Source: Azolla caroliniana (Eukaryota; Plantae; Polypodiophyta). From it: DNA of 64,000 nt. The stretch's first letter is position 1; the number at the start of each line of letters is the position of its first letter. The notes under the pieces are model-generated. The model was not told where the DNA came from, did not search any database, and worked only from the letters and a program-made list of their open reading frames with translations. The translations under genes and the position numbers were made by a program. The stretch spans positions 12,400,001-12,464,000 of the forward strand of contig JBHGNT010000001.1 in NCBI GenBank assembly GCA_043228905.1, in the 5' to 3' direction. Shown here piece after piece: positions 39,842 to 51,650 of the stretch.

Positions 39842-42320
39842 TTATGATCGCACATGCCTTTCACTAACAGAAGATGTTGACACGAATGACAAAAATTGGA
39901 GACAACATTTTCTCCCTAACGCAATAAGTACTTCCCTCTCCTGCTTTAGTGTTAACTTTGGTATTTTCCTTTCATAAGACTTGTTTGATGAAGCATTCCA
40001 AACCACCTTTGCCTCGCAAAGAAATGGTAAATTTCCATTTTCTCTGTATCTGGCAGCGCAGAGTGGTTGTATGGTATCTCCACCTCGACCTCGATCTTGA
40101 TCTTGAACTTTCATTTTCAGCTTTTCCTCATTGTCAAGCAATTCTATTTTCACTCTTCCATCCAAGCTCACCTTTGTTTCATTTTTCCATCTTGTTGCTG
40201 AATCATTTCGAGCTATTATTGCTTTGCATTCAGAAGGTATGTATCCTGAAGCCAATCCATTGTTATTTGAAATCTTTTGCCTCTTGTATGCCCACCCTGT
40301 GAACTCATAGTTATAAGGAAACACAAGAAAAAAATGTTAGTTCCCTAGTTAAACCCTAAACACTATAGGCAAGGCCAGAAAAAACATATTAAACCCTGTT
40401 GAGTTAGCTAAACATGAACCACTTAACTCAAAGCCTAACCTTAAACTCTAGAACTTAGACCTAGACCCTAAACCTTAAATCTTAAACATACTATGAACTC
40501 TAATTCTAGGTCCTGTAGAGTGAAACCCAAGACCCAATTAGAGTTAATTAAGTGGGAAGACAGACCTGATTCTTTATTCAAGTCGAGAAGAGTATGATCT
40601 CGATTTGGCTTTTCCGGAACCCATAAACTCAGCCCACTTTGCATATCAATTTCATATGATTCCGTCACTGCTGCCACACCTTCAGTTCTCTCATCTTGCA
40701 CAGTCTCTTCTTGCACCTCTTGCTTGACTGAAAACCTCTCTGAAATAGTACTACATGAACCTATACTTGGAACATTACTACCTCCATCAATAGTATGGAG
40801 CAAGAAGTTGGGTAGGCATATTCCACTCTCAGATGAAACCTCCCCATAATTTTGACATGGCAATAGCTCTGGAGAAATTTCGGGTTGATGGTTATACCTC
40901 TGTTCTTTTTGTAAGAAGCTTACAACTTCATTCTTCGACCTGAATCGGCGTCCTGTCACTGGATCCTTAAAATACTGTTCATGAACAACTTTCTGATTCA
41001 AAAAATGAGGAATATATATATACATATGCAGAAAATCCACAACATTATGCCTTGAAGATTCAAGGTTCAGAACAACTTGGGAGCCCTCTAAATGTTTCTT
41101 AAATATTTGAAATGGTCTAGCCCTTTTAGAATTTCCTAAAATATTAATCTCTTTCACTTTTCCTACAAGCTTCTAAATGTCAAGCGGGCAAAGTTTCATC
41201 TAAAAAGAGATGAATATGTAATGCCCATATTTTAGAAACTTCTAGAAAACTCCAAGATATCCCAACCAAAATCTTTTCATATCTGTGACACATTAGCAAT
41301 GAACTTCACCTTATCAGTTGTACCCGCTGTAGTGCCTGCTTTCCGAGTCTTGAGCTCAGTTACCCATCCCAGAGGTAACCATTCAGGGGATTCGATGACT
41401 CTCACAATACGTTCTGAGATAGCATTATTAGACAGAATCGGATCGGACACGTTCACATTATCAAACAGTCCACCTCTTTGAAAGCATTTTGCTTCCTCAT
41501 TCGAAATGTTGTTACTACTTACAGAACTATTAAGATCTTGTGCAAACATACCTTTGTAATAATTCTTCCTTTCTAAAGAATGGGTAGCAATCCTGTTGAA
41601 ATCGATGTTAGAAGAATCTTGGTTGCAATGCTCACCAGGGCCCTTGTCCAAAGATGTAACAGGATGAGAATTAAGGTCTAGATATAAAGGAGCCTTGCTT
41701 TCATCACATCCACTGGGAATTCCTAGTTCATTATCAATCAAACCAATCCCATCATATCCAAAAGCTGGATAAGCAAAATGAGGAGCACTCCCACCACACT
41801 TCATTAAGGCTAGTAAACAAGGATCAATTGTTGAAGTTGAACGAGCTTCGAAAGGAGAATGAGACATGTAAAGCAACCCATCTCTTGATGCAGACTGCAA
41901 AAGGAAGTGTGAAACTTCATCAGCAAATGGCAGAAAGGGTCCATTTCCTCTCTTTTTCTGCTTTTCCTCCTTGCCTACTAGAGAAGAAAAGCTTTTCTTG
42001 CTACTCTTTTCCTTGTCTTGATATGTGTAAACATGATTACCATCCACGTGGATAATGTTACCATCACTTGGGTTTTTTCTTCGGAAGTCATTAGATGCAA
42101 CAGTGTGAACACTCGTGGTGTTCTCATCTTGTGTGAACATATGCTGGAAAAGCTCAAGCCATCCTCCTTTCTTTGGGGAAAATGTTGTGTTTACCACATC
42201 ATGAGGTGACGACGACAACGACGATGACAAAAAACTATCATGAGAACTCACATGGTCACCCAAAGGAAACTCATTCAGATCAAAATCCTGCTTGTTAAGG
42301 TCAATCATATGTCTTTCCAT
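39842..42320 (-). CDS. Methyl-CpG-binding domain (MBD) protein
   Basis: Exons 42320-41310, 40974-40566 and 40296-39842 splice in frame; the 3' end is uncertain. The MBD PEWLPLGWVTELKTRKAGTTAGTTDK|YFKDPVTGRRFRSKNEVVSFL spans intron 1. Confidence 0.85.
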
Positions 42321-43418
42321 GATAATGATATAGTTGGCATGAAAATAGTGTTTCTTTCAATGGTATTCGATGAGAGATTCAAGCCTATCCAAGCCATGAA
42401 CCGTATACAACAAGAATCCAGCGGATATATTGTTTCTCTGATCTTGAGACCTTAAATCATTTCCTTTCTTTCCTTCCCTCTGTTCTTAAGGTTTCACAAA
42501 CCCTTCTTCTGTATGTTCTTCGGATCCACAAACTTAAATCTAGAGGATATCTTATTCTTCAGACTTCAGACTTTGCTTTCTTCTGATCCTCAGTTTCACA
42601 AACCCTAGATCATTGTCAGCCTTCCTTTCCTCTGTTCTTCAGGGTTCAACGAACCTTTTCTTTGCTCTTTTATTGAGGTTTCACAAACAGTAAATTTGGC
42701 TTTTATATCTTTCGCCACTGATATTGGAATCACTTTTCACTTTTCTCTGCTCTTTTAGAAACCTTAATTCAGTTAGCCAACCCAAATCACTGCTCTGGCT
42801 TTTTTTCTTCAGGTTTCCCCAACTCTAAATCAATACTTCTCTTTGATTTTCACATTCCATAAACCCGAATCACTTCTTTTTAGCTTCAAAACCCTAAATC
42901 TCTTCACTATTCTCTTTTTCAGGTTTCATAAACCATAAATTGCTTCTTCTCTCAGATCTTTATGTCAACAAGCCCTGAAAAGCTATCACCACTTTTCCTG
43001 GTTTAAACGTTTCAGCCTTATGGTCTCAAAATTAATACTCTAGACTCTTTACTCTTTCTTTCTTCTGGACTTTAGGGTGTCTCTGAATATGAAGCAAAAT
43101 ATGTCAAGTAAGTATAATGCAAGCTTATACTTCCTAAACAGATGTTAGATGTTCTATGGCACTCTTGTTCCTCCTCTGACGATCACAATTTCGATTCCAT
43201 TATAGACGAAGAAATAGACAGAATCAATTCTATACTTTTACCTGGAAAAAGCCTGCGCAAAGCCGAACTCTGATGAAGAAGGAGAAAAAAGGGTTAGTGT
43301 TAAGAGTGTCAGGATTTTAGGATTGGAGTTCTAGGTTTTGGGTTATTAGGGTGTTCAACTCTTTTAGGGTTAGGGTTCAAAAACATTAAGGAGTAGGGTT
43401 TGGTTTCCGGATCAAAGC

Positions 43419-43458
43419 TAGGGGTAGGGGTAGGGGTAGGGGTAGGGGTAGGGGTAGG
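43419..43458 (+). repeat. (GGGGTA)n tract, G-quadruplex-forming potential, in the presumed 5' region of the MBD gene
   Basis: Six consecutive GGGG runs separated by TA, flanked by TTAGGG-like motifs. Confidence 0.8.
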
Positions 43459-43619
43459 TGCATGTGCAATGGAAAACGAAGAAACAGAATTTAGGGGGAT
43501 CTATCTGATGCAAATAGAGACTTTAATCTGTCTGTCTGTCTCTCTCTCTCTTATGTGGCTTCTCTGTCTCCGTCTCTGTCTCTGTCTCTGTCTTCTCTGG
43601 TGAGGAAGGGGGGGGGGGG

Positions 43620-43795
43620 GCACGTCAGAAAAGAGAGAACTGAGAGTGACAGACATGTGGTTTGATCACAGGATACACGTGGCTAGTGATGGTTGGATGT
43701 CGGGACATCGATCCCCCCGGTCATCACAGAATACACGTGGCAAGTGATGATTGGATATCAGGCATCGATCTCCAATTCCCCGGCTGACGTGGCAT
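43620..43795 (-). promoter_or_regulatory. ACGT/ABRE-type element cluster upstream of the MBD gene
   Basis: CACGTCA (43621), TACACGTGGC twice within a duplicated ~58 bp unit (43674, 43732) and TGACGTGGC (43785), plus an ATTGG (CCAAT) box. Confidence 0.5.
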
Positions 43796-45244
43796 GATCT
43801 CATAGGCTATGGGGAAACAAATGCACATACATATTGGAACAATCAATCGGCCCACTGGGGAATGCCCCCCGCCCCCCACCTCCCCTGCCCGATCGCATGT
43901 GACTATCAATCAATTTGCCTGCAGGAAAATGGCGATGGCACCATCGAAAAGATGAAGCGAAATGCCCACTCCTTATCCCATGGATATTAGAGGATGGCGT
44001 CTTTTGACAAAGCTTTTTAGTAACCAACGGGAAGTGATCCCCCCCCCCCCCCCCCCCCCCCCCCTTTTGCCTACCTGATACTCTTAACCAATCAACTTTC
44101 ACCTTGCTCTCTTGCCCGTTGCAAACCATGATTCGCTTCGGCAAAACATCGACACCATTTGCACAGGGGTCTCGGCAGAATTTAATTCAGCCTCTTCTTT
44201 TTGAGATGATGAAGGTGGATCGATCCTTTGCTGCACCCAAAGCTTTTGTGTGAAGTTTAGAGAACAATTCATATTGAATAAAGTTCGCACAACCTAATGG
44301 AGCTTCTCGTCAAAAAGTGCATATTGTAGCTTTCTCTTTCTGTCATCGAGATAGTTGCTTGCTCTACTATGCAAGTAGTAGGTAATGTTTTCATTTAATT
44401 GTTTCCATAGGTTTGGAACCCACTTATTTCCCTAGATGTGAACCTAAGGTACATGGTGGACATGAACTTTTCCACAAAACAACATTTTACCAACCCCACC
44501 AATTGACCTACACCCACTTTATCCTCTTTCGCACATATTAAATAATCCACTTGTGCTCTCCATCGCTTGTGTCACTATCTCTTTCTACATCTCATAATCA
44601 ATATGTCATGGACAAATATTAGATTTATTTTGGCGATCAACTTACCCAAGTGCTAAGCTATCAAGCTAGCGCCAAATGGTTATGGGCTCAAATCTTAACT
44701 TCCATACACATAATTTGTACAACATACATCACATTTCCTTCCTTACATGCCAAATTGATGTATCATATTCACAATCTCCAAACTATTGGTATTGTCATTT
44801 CAACTCTAGTTTGAACCACTTCAAATCGTGGAAAGCTTTAAATGTATTGCCCTTGACGTTCTTCCAAACCATAGATGGAAGGCAATGTTTGAACTACTTG
44901 TTGTCCCCGTGATGGCAAGTATAGACCCAAAATATCAACATTCATTGCAAGCTTCCATAATATCACCAACAAAGGATGAGTAATTATAGCAAGCGAGGAT
45001 TGGATAAGTGGGCATCCTTGACTAATAAATCTCATGAGGGAAATATCTTATGTAAGTCCATCATTAAGAGTTTCTTAGGACACAACATCTTGACCTAATG
45101 AAATTATAAAATTAGACATATCTGGACCAAAGCCCACTATATGTATTAATCCTTAGACTAAGCATCAATTTCCATGATCATAAGCTTTCTGCTAATCTAA
45201 TAGCACCATTATCAATTTGGCATAATCCATGGACATCTAAATTA

Positions 45245-45440
45245 TTATAGATCTAGGTACTAAAGTAAGCTTAAGATAAGGATAAAGTAATGATAGATAG
45301 AAAGGAGAAAGAGAAAGAAGGGTGTCGTAAAGTAATCCTCCCCTTCTTTACACTCTCGTTTAACCCTCACACTTATCCACGTGTATAGAATACTACGGTA
45401 AATTCTCACCACGGGATATTATATGGTCATGCCCGTAACA
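45245..45440 (-). mobile_element. Internally deleted copy of the 35905-36440 Gypsy LTR
   Basis: Reverse complement starts TGTTACGGGCATGACCATATAATATC...GGAGGATTACTTT and joins directly to CGACACCCTTCTTTCTC, skipping ~260 bp present in the LTR at 36015-36271. Confidence 0.8.
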
Positions 45441-45750
45441 TAAATACTAAACAAATCATGGATTATAGTCCTACATGCAACAAACCGTATGGGGCTAGTG
45501 TGTCAACTTAAGCAAATCATTTTGTAATATATTTGCCAAGACCTTTGTAAATAACTTATACAACCCCCTCATCGAAGAAATGGCTCACCATTGATGAACT
45601 GACTCAAGTGAAACCAACTTTAGGATGAGACCAACCTTCCAAGTTCGAGGCATGTGTTAATAATTAGGTAATTAACTAAGGGTTAATTAATATCTAATTA
45701 TGAGAGTAGTTAATCACGTATGTGATTAAGCAATGGAAGACTATGTGATA

Positions 45751-45797
<47 letters not shown>

Positions 45798-46216
45798 GTT
45801 ACACTTATGAACGACACAATGGGGGATGATTAACACAAGTCTAGCTTAAAGACTTTCTCTATATTAATAAGCATCAAGTTACAAAAATGCTCACAATGAG
45901 GTATATATATACATCTCATGTGTGAGGAGAATATAGGTACAAGGATGTGGTCCTATATTAAATGAACTTGGTAGTGGAGGATCTAGCATGTATCCCCACT
46001 TAAGTACGAGTACAAAATCCTATTTAAGCGTTCTAAGTCAACACACTAACTAGATTCTATGTATGTAACTACTAAAACAATGGGTCATTTGAAACAAGTA
46101 ATATGTCACATTTTAAGAATTGTTCATAAAAAAAAGGCACAAAATAGGTCGTTTCAAAAATATAGGTGCTATCACAGACACGACAACAATCATGTCAAGA
46201 TTTGAACTCTTCACCT

Positions 46217-46435
46217 CTTGTATTATATTCAAGTGTTATGTTTTAACTAATACATCCAAATACATATTCATGTTATATATTTTTTATTAGATTATTTATT
46301 TCAAGTTCTAGAACTTTCTAAAAACTCCTAGAACTTGGAATAGATAATCTACTAATACTCTACTAAGATTTTTATAACATGACTATGTATTTGGATGTGT
46401 TGGTTAGAACATAACACTCAAGACTATTATACAAA
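46217..46435. repeat. Long imperfect inverted repeat (foldback) derived from LTR-like sequence
   Basis: AGTGTTATGTTTTAACTAATACATCCAAATACATA...AGATTATTTATTTCAAGTTCTAG pairs with CTAGAACTTGGAATAGATAATCT...TATGTATTTGGATGTGTTGGTTAGAACATAACACT around a ~16 nt loop. Confidence 0.85.
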
Positions 46436-46444
46436 CAGTCAATG

Positions 46445-47790
46445 TGTCAATGACTGGCCTTGAATCCCTTGAAAGGGATCAAGGAGGTTACAAGTATTTA
46501 TACAAGTTATGAGATTGAACATCTCTAGAATATACTCGAGAAATATCTCTAGAATATACCATAGAATACATCTAGAATATATGCTAAACTAGTACAATAT
46601 TAAACGATATTTAAGTTCAAAAGAGTTTACATATGGTCTAACACAACACTATGTACTAGGTGTGTTACAGGTCAGAGGTTCAAGTCTGGAATGTGACATT
46701 ATCTCCTCTCTTACGCCGCCTTCCCAAACTAGTCACCGGTTTGTCGAGATATCGGTGATGAAAATCCTAGACTACCTCCAGGACATTTTGTAAATTCTTC
46801 ACTAGTTCCCACGTGGCGTCAAACAGGGGGTAACCCTTCCACCAGACGAGGTATTGAAGGTGTGGAAATAGGAACACGAACACCAATGGGCATGAGCGAT
46901 CATGTGCGGTCCTCATCGGGAACTGGAACACGAATGGGTGTGAGCGACCATGTGTGGTTCCCACCAGGAACGAAACAACGAACGAAGGAGTGCAAGTGAA
47001 GCGGTCGACTCGACTACTTCTATCATGAGAGGGTAAATAGTTGAGGTTGACCAAAAACACGACACAAATGGTAGCGCTAGCGAGAAATCGACGCGATCCT
47101 CACCAGGAAAGTGAGCGGTTATGACCCCCACCAGAACTAGAAGGTGAGCGATCAAAATCTATCCTCATCAAAAGAAAGTGGAGCGAAATGTAAACCAAAA
47201 TGAAAATGGAGCGCAAACGAATGGAGTGCAAGTGAGCAATGATTGGATCCCCAACAGGAGGAAAGTGAGTAGTTGTGACCCCTACCGGAATTGGGAAGGT
47301 GTGCGATTGAAATTGATCCTCGCCAAAGGAAACTGAAGTGAAACTTGAACTGAAATGAAAATGGAGTGCAATTGAGCAATGATTCGATCCCACCAAGAAA
47401 GTGAGCGGTTGTAAACCCCACCGAAACTGTGAAGGTGAGCAATGGAAATCAATCCATGCAAAGTAGTGTTGATGACATTGAAGGTTGAGCAAAGTAGCTT
47501 TGATGAAGACAAAAAGAGGTGCTGAAAATGATGATGTTGAAGACAAGGCAACGAAGACGATGATGATGAGGAAGTGTCTCTAAAACCAAGGATGTTGATG
47601 ACGGTAACTCTAGAAGCAAGGACTATGACGATGGTAACTCTAGAAGCAAGGGTGATTGTAGTCTCTTCCTTCGGAGATACACCTTCGATTATTGTCCTGA
47701 GTAATCGGGTCAAGGAATCGTCATTGCGTAGGAAGGTAGAGTAGGACCGAATATGGCGATCAACCCCGAAATGCCCGGCCACAACCGGAC
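46445..47790 (-). mobile_element. Degenerate chromovirus Gypsy derivative: LTR, PPT, chromodomain fragment, ~150 bp internal repeats, integrase fragment
   Basis: TGTCA...TGTGACA LTR-like unit ending ~46698, followed by a pyrimidine tract (minus-strand PPT). QYLVWWKGYPLFDATWE at ~46860-46800 and VAGHFGVDR at ~47780. Confidence 0.6.
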
Positions 47791-48332
47791 TTATGGTTAA
47801 AACTAGAATAGAAACAAGCACAAGATTATTTAATTGACACCAAAAGATTGACACAACAAAGTATGCATTATAGTTTTACTGCATCAAATGATTACATGGC
47901 TCACGATCGACAAACCAACTATATATATATAGGTTCTCTCTCTCTCTCTCTCTCTCTCTTATAAAGCGTATACAGATATCTCTCTCTTATTCCGCGCTCC
48001 CTTCCTTATGTTGTTCCCTGCTTTATATAACTTATGTATCTTCTTGGCGCGCTTCAACCACCTCTCTGATTTTCCGGTCTTTATTCCCAACTGTAATTCA
48101 TTCAACTACTTCCTTCACGCTAGGTCGATTATCCTTTTCACCTATTTTTACCTACTCGTTTCTTTTAGATTTGTTCCACATTTCATAACCTTTGTCCCAT
48201 AGATAACACCTAGCACGGCCGTGGGACAATACCTTGCACGTCGAACCCCAAAGGAAAACTTCCAAAATAGAAATTAAAATAAATAAATAAATCGAAATGC
48301 TATTTAGCCGAAAAAACTTCTTTATGGTACCC

Positions 48333-50116
48333 TCATTCTTCTTCAAAAATTGCGAGGATGTCCTCTGATTGTTGCGATGAACCGATTTGGAGATTGGTCG
48401 TCTCTTCAGCCGTTGGCTTGGTACTTGCAAGGGCGGTAGGTGGTTGTGTCAATGCTTGAGGTGGCTCTTCATTTGTGGGCTTGTCGACGTGTAACTCGGC
48501 CAATAAATCGAGCTGTTGGTCTTGAGTCTCCTTTGTGGATTCTGGAACCGTCACCTCCGGATGTGGTTTTGTGATCGGTGCATCCACTTGCTTTGTTTCT
48601 ACTCTCAGCTGCGTTTCCTCTTCTTCTTTTTTGCTCCTGAACTGCTTCCTCGGTCATGGGGCTTGTTGATGTCTGTGTTGCGGCTGCTGCTTCCTTTTCA
48701 GCTTGGATGCGCTCGCGTTCATAGGTTTCTAATTCCAGTCTTAGTAGTATTTGATCATCGTTGAATTCCTCAAGGAGGTGTCCGATTGTCGTGGTGTGTG
48801 TTTGTGCCAGGGCGTGGAATTCCTCGGTGAGGTTTTCGCGGAGGATCTGGATGTTGTTCTCATCCATCTTGTAGAAACCACGACCCTCTTTTCTCCGATT
48901 TTCAGCGTTTGTTTGGAAGACCTGTAACTCCATTGCTTGAGCCGACCATTCATTCCAGCCTCGAGCGAGTGTCTCCTCGACTTTTTGATTTAACTATAGT
49001 CGGTGCTTGGCCAGTAGGGCTTTGATTTATGCTTCACCCATTTCATATTTAGCTCGAAGGGTGTTCAGTTCGTCTTGAGCTTTTGTCGCGTCCCATTCGA
49101 ACTTGGCTTTGAGGATCACACACGATACTGTAACATTGATGAGTTGTGCCTCCAGCTTCTTCATATGCATGTCGTAGCGTCGGAGGAGTCGATCCGAATT
49201 ATCGGCTAACTCTTGCATATAATGGTGATGTTGCCATTCGAGTTCTAGGGTCGTGGAGATTTGTAGCTGGTGAAGGGACTCTGACAATTCCGCTCGCTGC
49301 TTCTCAGTTTTGTCCAACTTGTGAAGGTGCCGACTTGAGCAGACTTGGAATTCTAAGAGTTCGTTTTGCCGAGTTACGATTTCTTCAGTTTTTTGGTGAG
49401 ATGCATGTTGATGCTCTTCCTCTACTTCCACCAATTTTGTTGCAGCGAGGTCGTTAGCAGCCTTGAGGGAGGCGACGACATTCTTTTCGGTCTCTTGGAG
49501 TTAGGCCGTCCGTGCGTCAAGCAGCTGTTGGACTACTACTTCGCGTTTCGTTGCTTGTGCCCGGAGTTGGTCAACTTCTGCTTTGGCCGCTTCGTAGCAC
49601 TCCTTGGCTTTCTCAGCAATTGTCGTTTGCACAACGAGCTCTTCGTCGTAATCGCGGGTTGCACCGTTACCGTGGCCAGTATCGAGTCGGTTGGCTCATC
49701 CGTTTTTGGTCATGCGTTTTCGGCCGATCTTTTGTAACTGCGACTCCTCGTCTGATTTGAGCTCGTTGGCTAATGCCCGTTGGACAATCTGTTGTTCAAC
49801 ATAGTCTTGAGCCATGTGTGCCGCAACAACAATCTGGAGGCGAGCAAGGAAGTCGATTAACTCATATGTTGTGTCGTGTTGTAAGATCATGCCGAGCTCG
49901 TAGGACTCGGCGGGCAAGTCCTTGAAGATCATTACGTCCTCCTCATTATAGGCCCAACACCGACCATATCTGATTGTTGGTGATGGTGTTGGGATGCACT
50001 TGCTATGCGATCTCCTACGCCTTGGGGTGGGGAAGTGCATCCACTACACGAAGGTATCCACCCAGGTCGTGCCTGTTCAGCTAGGTGCGAAGCTCTTTGG
50101 ACACTTCGAGCAGCAT
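48333..50116 (-). pseudogene. Degenerate ~590-codon extra ORF of the Gypsy element, long predicted coiled coil, unknown function
   Basis: ATG at 50116 (MLLEVSKELRT...), then colinear ORF pieces 49696-50040, 49027-49434, 48469-48933 and 48333-48587, rich in E/K/Q/L heptads and broken by stops and frameshifts. Preceded by a CT-rich leader and TACAAATA at ~50298-50291. Confidence 0.6.
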
Positions 50117-51444
50117 GATCGTTTCGGAAGAGGACAAGGAAGAGTGAGTATGGGGGTAAAGATACAAGGATTGGGAAGAAGTTTCTATGCCTAGGGTCTG
50201 AGGGCGAGATAACGTTTGTGCAGGAGGCGAGAGAGCTTGAGGGCTTTGTGTGTCTGTGCGTGAGTGAGTGTTATGATTGTGGTGCCCTCCTATTTGTAGG
50301 TAGCTCAGTGTTGTGAAAATCTGTCACTATGTGTGGATCGTGAGGCGGAACCGTCGGGCCGGGGTTATGGACGGGAAGGAAATAGGGCTCACACCCACAA
50401 CACAAGGAAGGCTTACACAAACAAGGCACCAATATTCGAACGTGTTTGTGAAAAGGAGAGGTGCATGGGCAAGCCCGAATCAACCCCTAGTCACAAGGCG
50501 AACGAATGCACGTGAGGAAGGCTTACACATGGACACACAAGGAAAAGGCTTACTTACACACCCGAGAGACAAAGTTTCGAATGCCTTTGTGAAAAGAGAG
50601 GTGCATGGGCAAGCCCGAACGCTCCCTTGTTACAAGACATGGGAACACACAAGGAAAAGGCTTACTTACACACCCGAGAGACAAAGTTTCGAATGCCTTT
50701 GTGAAAAGAGAGGTGCATGGGCAAGCCCAAACGCTCCCTTGTTACAAGACACGCAAACACAAAGCAAGGTTTACACATGAGAGACACAATTTCGAACGCC
50801 TTTGTGAAAGGAGAGGTGCATGGGCAAGCCCGAACGCTCCCTTGCCACAAGTCCCACGAACACACAAGCAAGGTTTACACACATGAGACACAATTTCGAG
50901 CGCCTTTGTGAAAGGAGAGGTGCATGGGCAAGCCCGAACGCTCCCTTGCCACAAGTCCCACGAACACACAAGAAATATTTACACTAACACACAAGACACG
51001 ATTTCGAACACCTTTGTGAAAGGAGAGGTGCATGGGCAAGCTCGAACGCTCCCTTGCCACAAGTCCCACGAACACACAAGAAATATTTACACTAACACAC
51101 AAGACACGATTTCGAACGCCTTTGTGAAAGGAGAGGTGCATGGGCAAGCTCGAACGCTCCCTTGCCACAAGTCACACGAACACACAAGCAAGATTTACAC
51201 TAACACGCAAGACACGTAAGTTTGAATGCCTTTGTGAAAGGAGAGGTGCATGGGCAATGTCAGAACCAAGGATAAAAGATAGAGTGATGGAAGAAGGATA
51301 GAGAAGAATGGATGTATAAGATAGAGAAAGAAAGAGAATGGATACAAGATATGTAATGAGAGCTAAAGACTGGTGTTGATTCGAATTGATTTGAGAATAC
51401 ATGTATGCGCTTATTTATAGGTTCCTATAGAATAGCTTAGAGAT

Positions 51445-51510
51445 TTCTAGAATGTTCTAGAATGTTCTAGACCTAGAATGCTCTAGGACATTCTAGAATA
51501 TTCTAGAATA
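51445..51510. promoter_or_regulatory. Heat-shock-element array in chromovirus LTR U3 (repeated at ~56577-56642)
   Basis: TTCtaGAAtgTTCtaGAAtgTTC and TTCtaGAAtaTTCtaGAA are alternating nGAAn pentamers ~25-90 bp upstream of the minus-strand TATAAATA. Confidence 0.65.
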
Positions 51511-51650
51511 ATCTAGAGTTTTTACAATAATCAATGTAATACAAGAAGTAGCTTTTATTGTTTCATATAACAATAAGCTATCTTAATGGTTGAGGTTTTC
51601 AAGTATGAATTACAAGGTTCGAGGTTCAAGTCCGGGTGACGCCATAATGG

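Noticed and set aside
44100-45100. Possible DNA-transposon coding relic
   Set aside because: No motif could be recognised with confidence.
45650-46176. Possible solo LTR ending TATCACA
   Set aside because: No convincing left terminus or TSD could be identified.
50313-51402. Repetitive ORFs such as NAFVKGEVHGQARTLPC
   Set aside because: Translations of the tandem array. Unit lengths are not consistently multiples of 3, so the frames shift.
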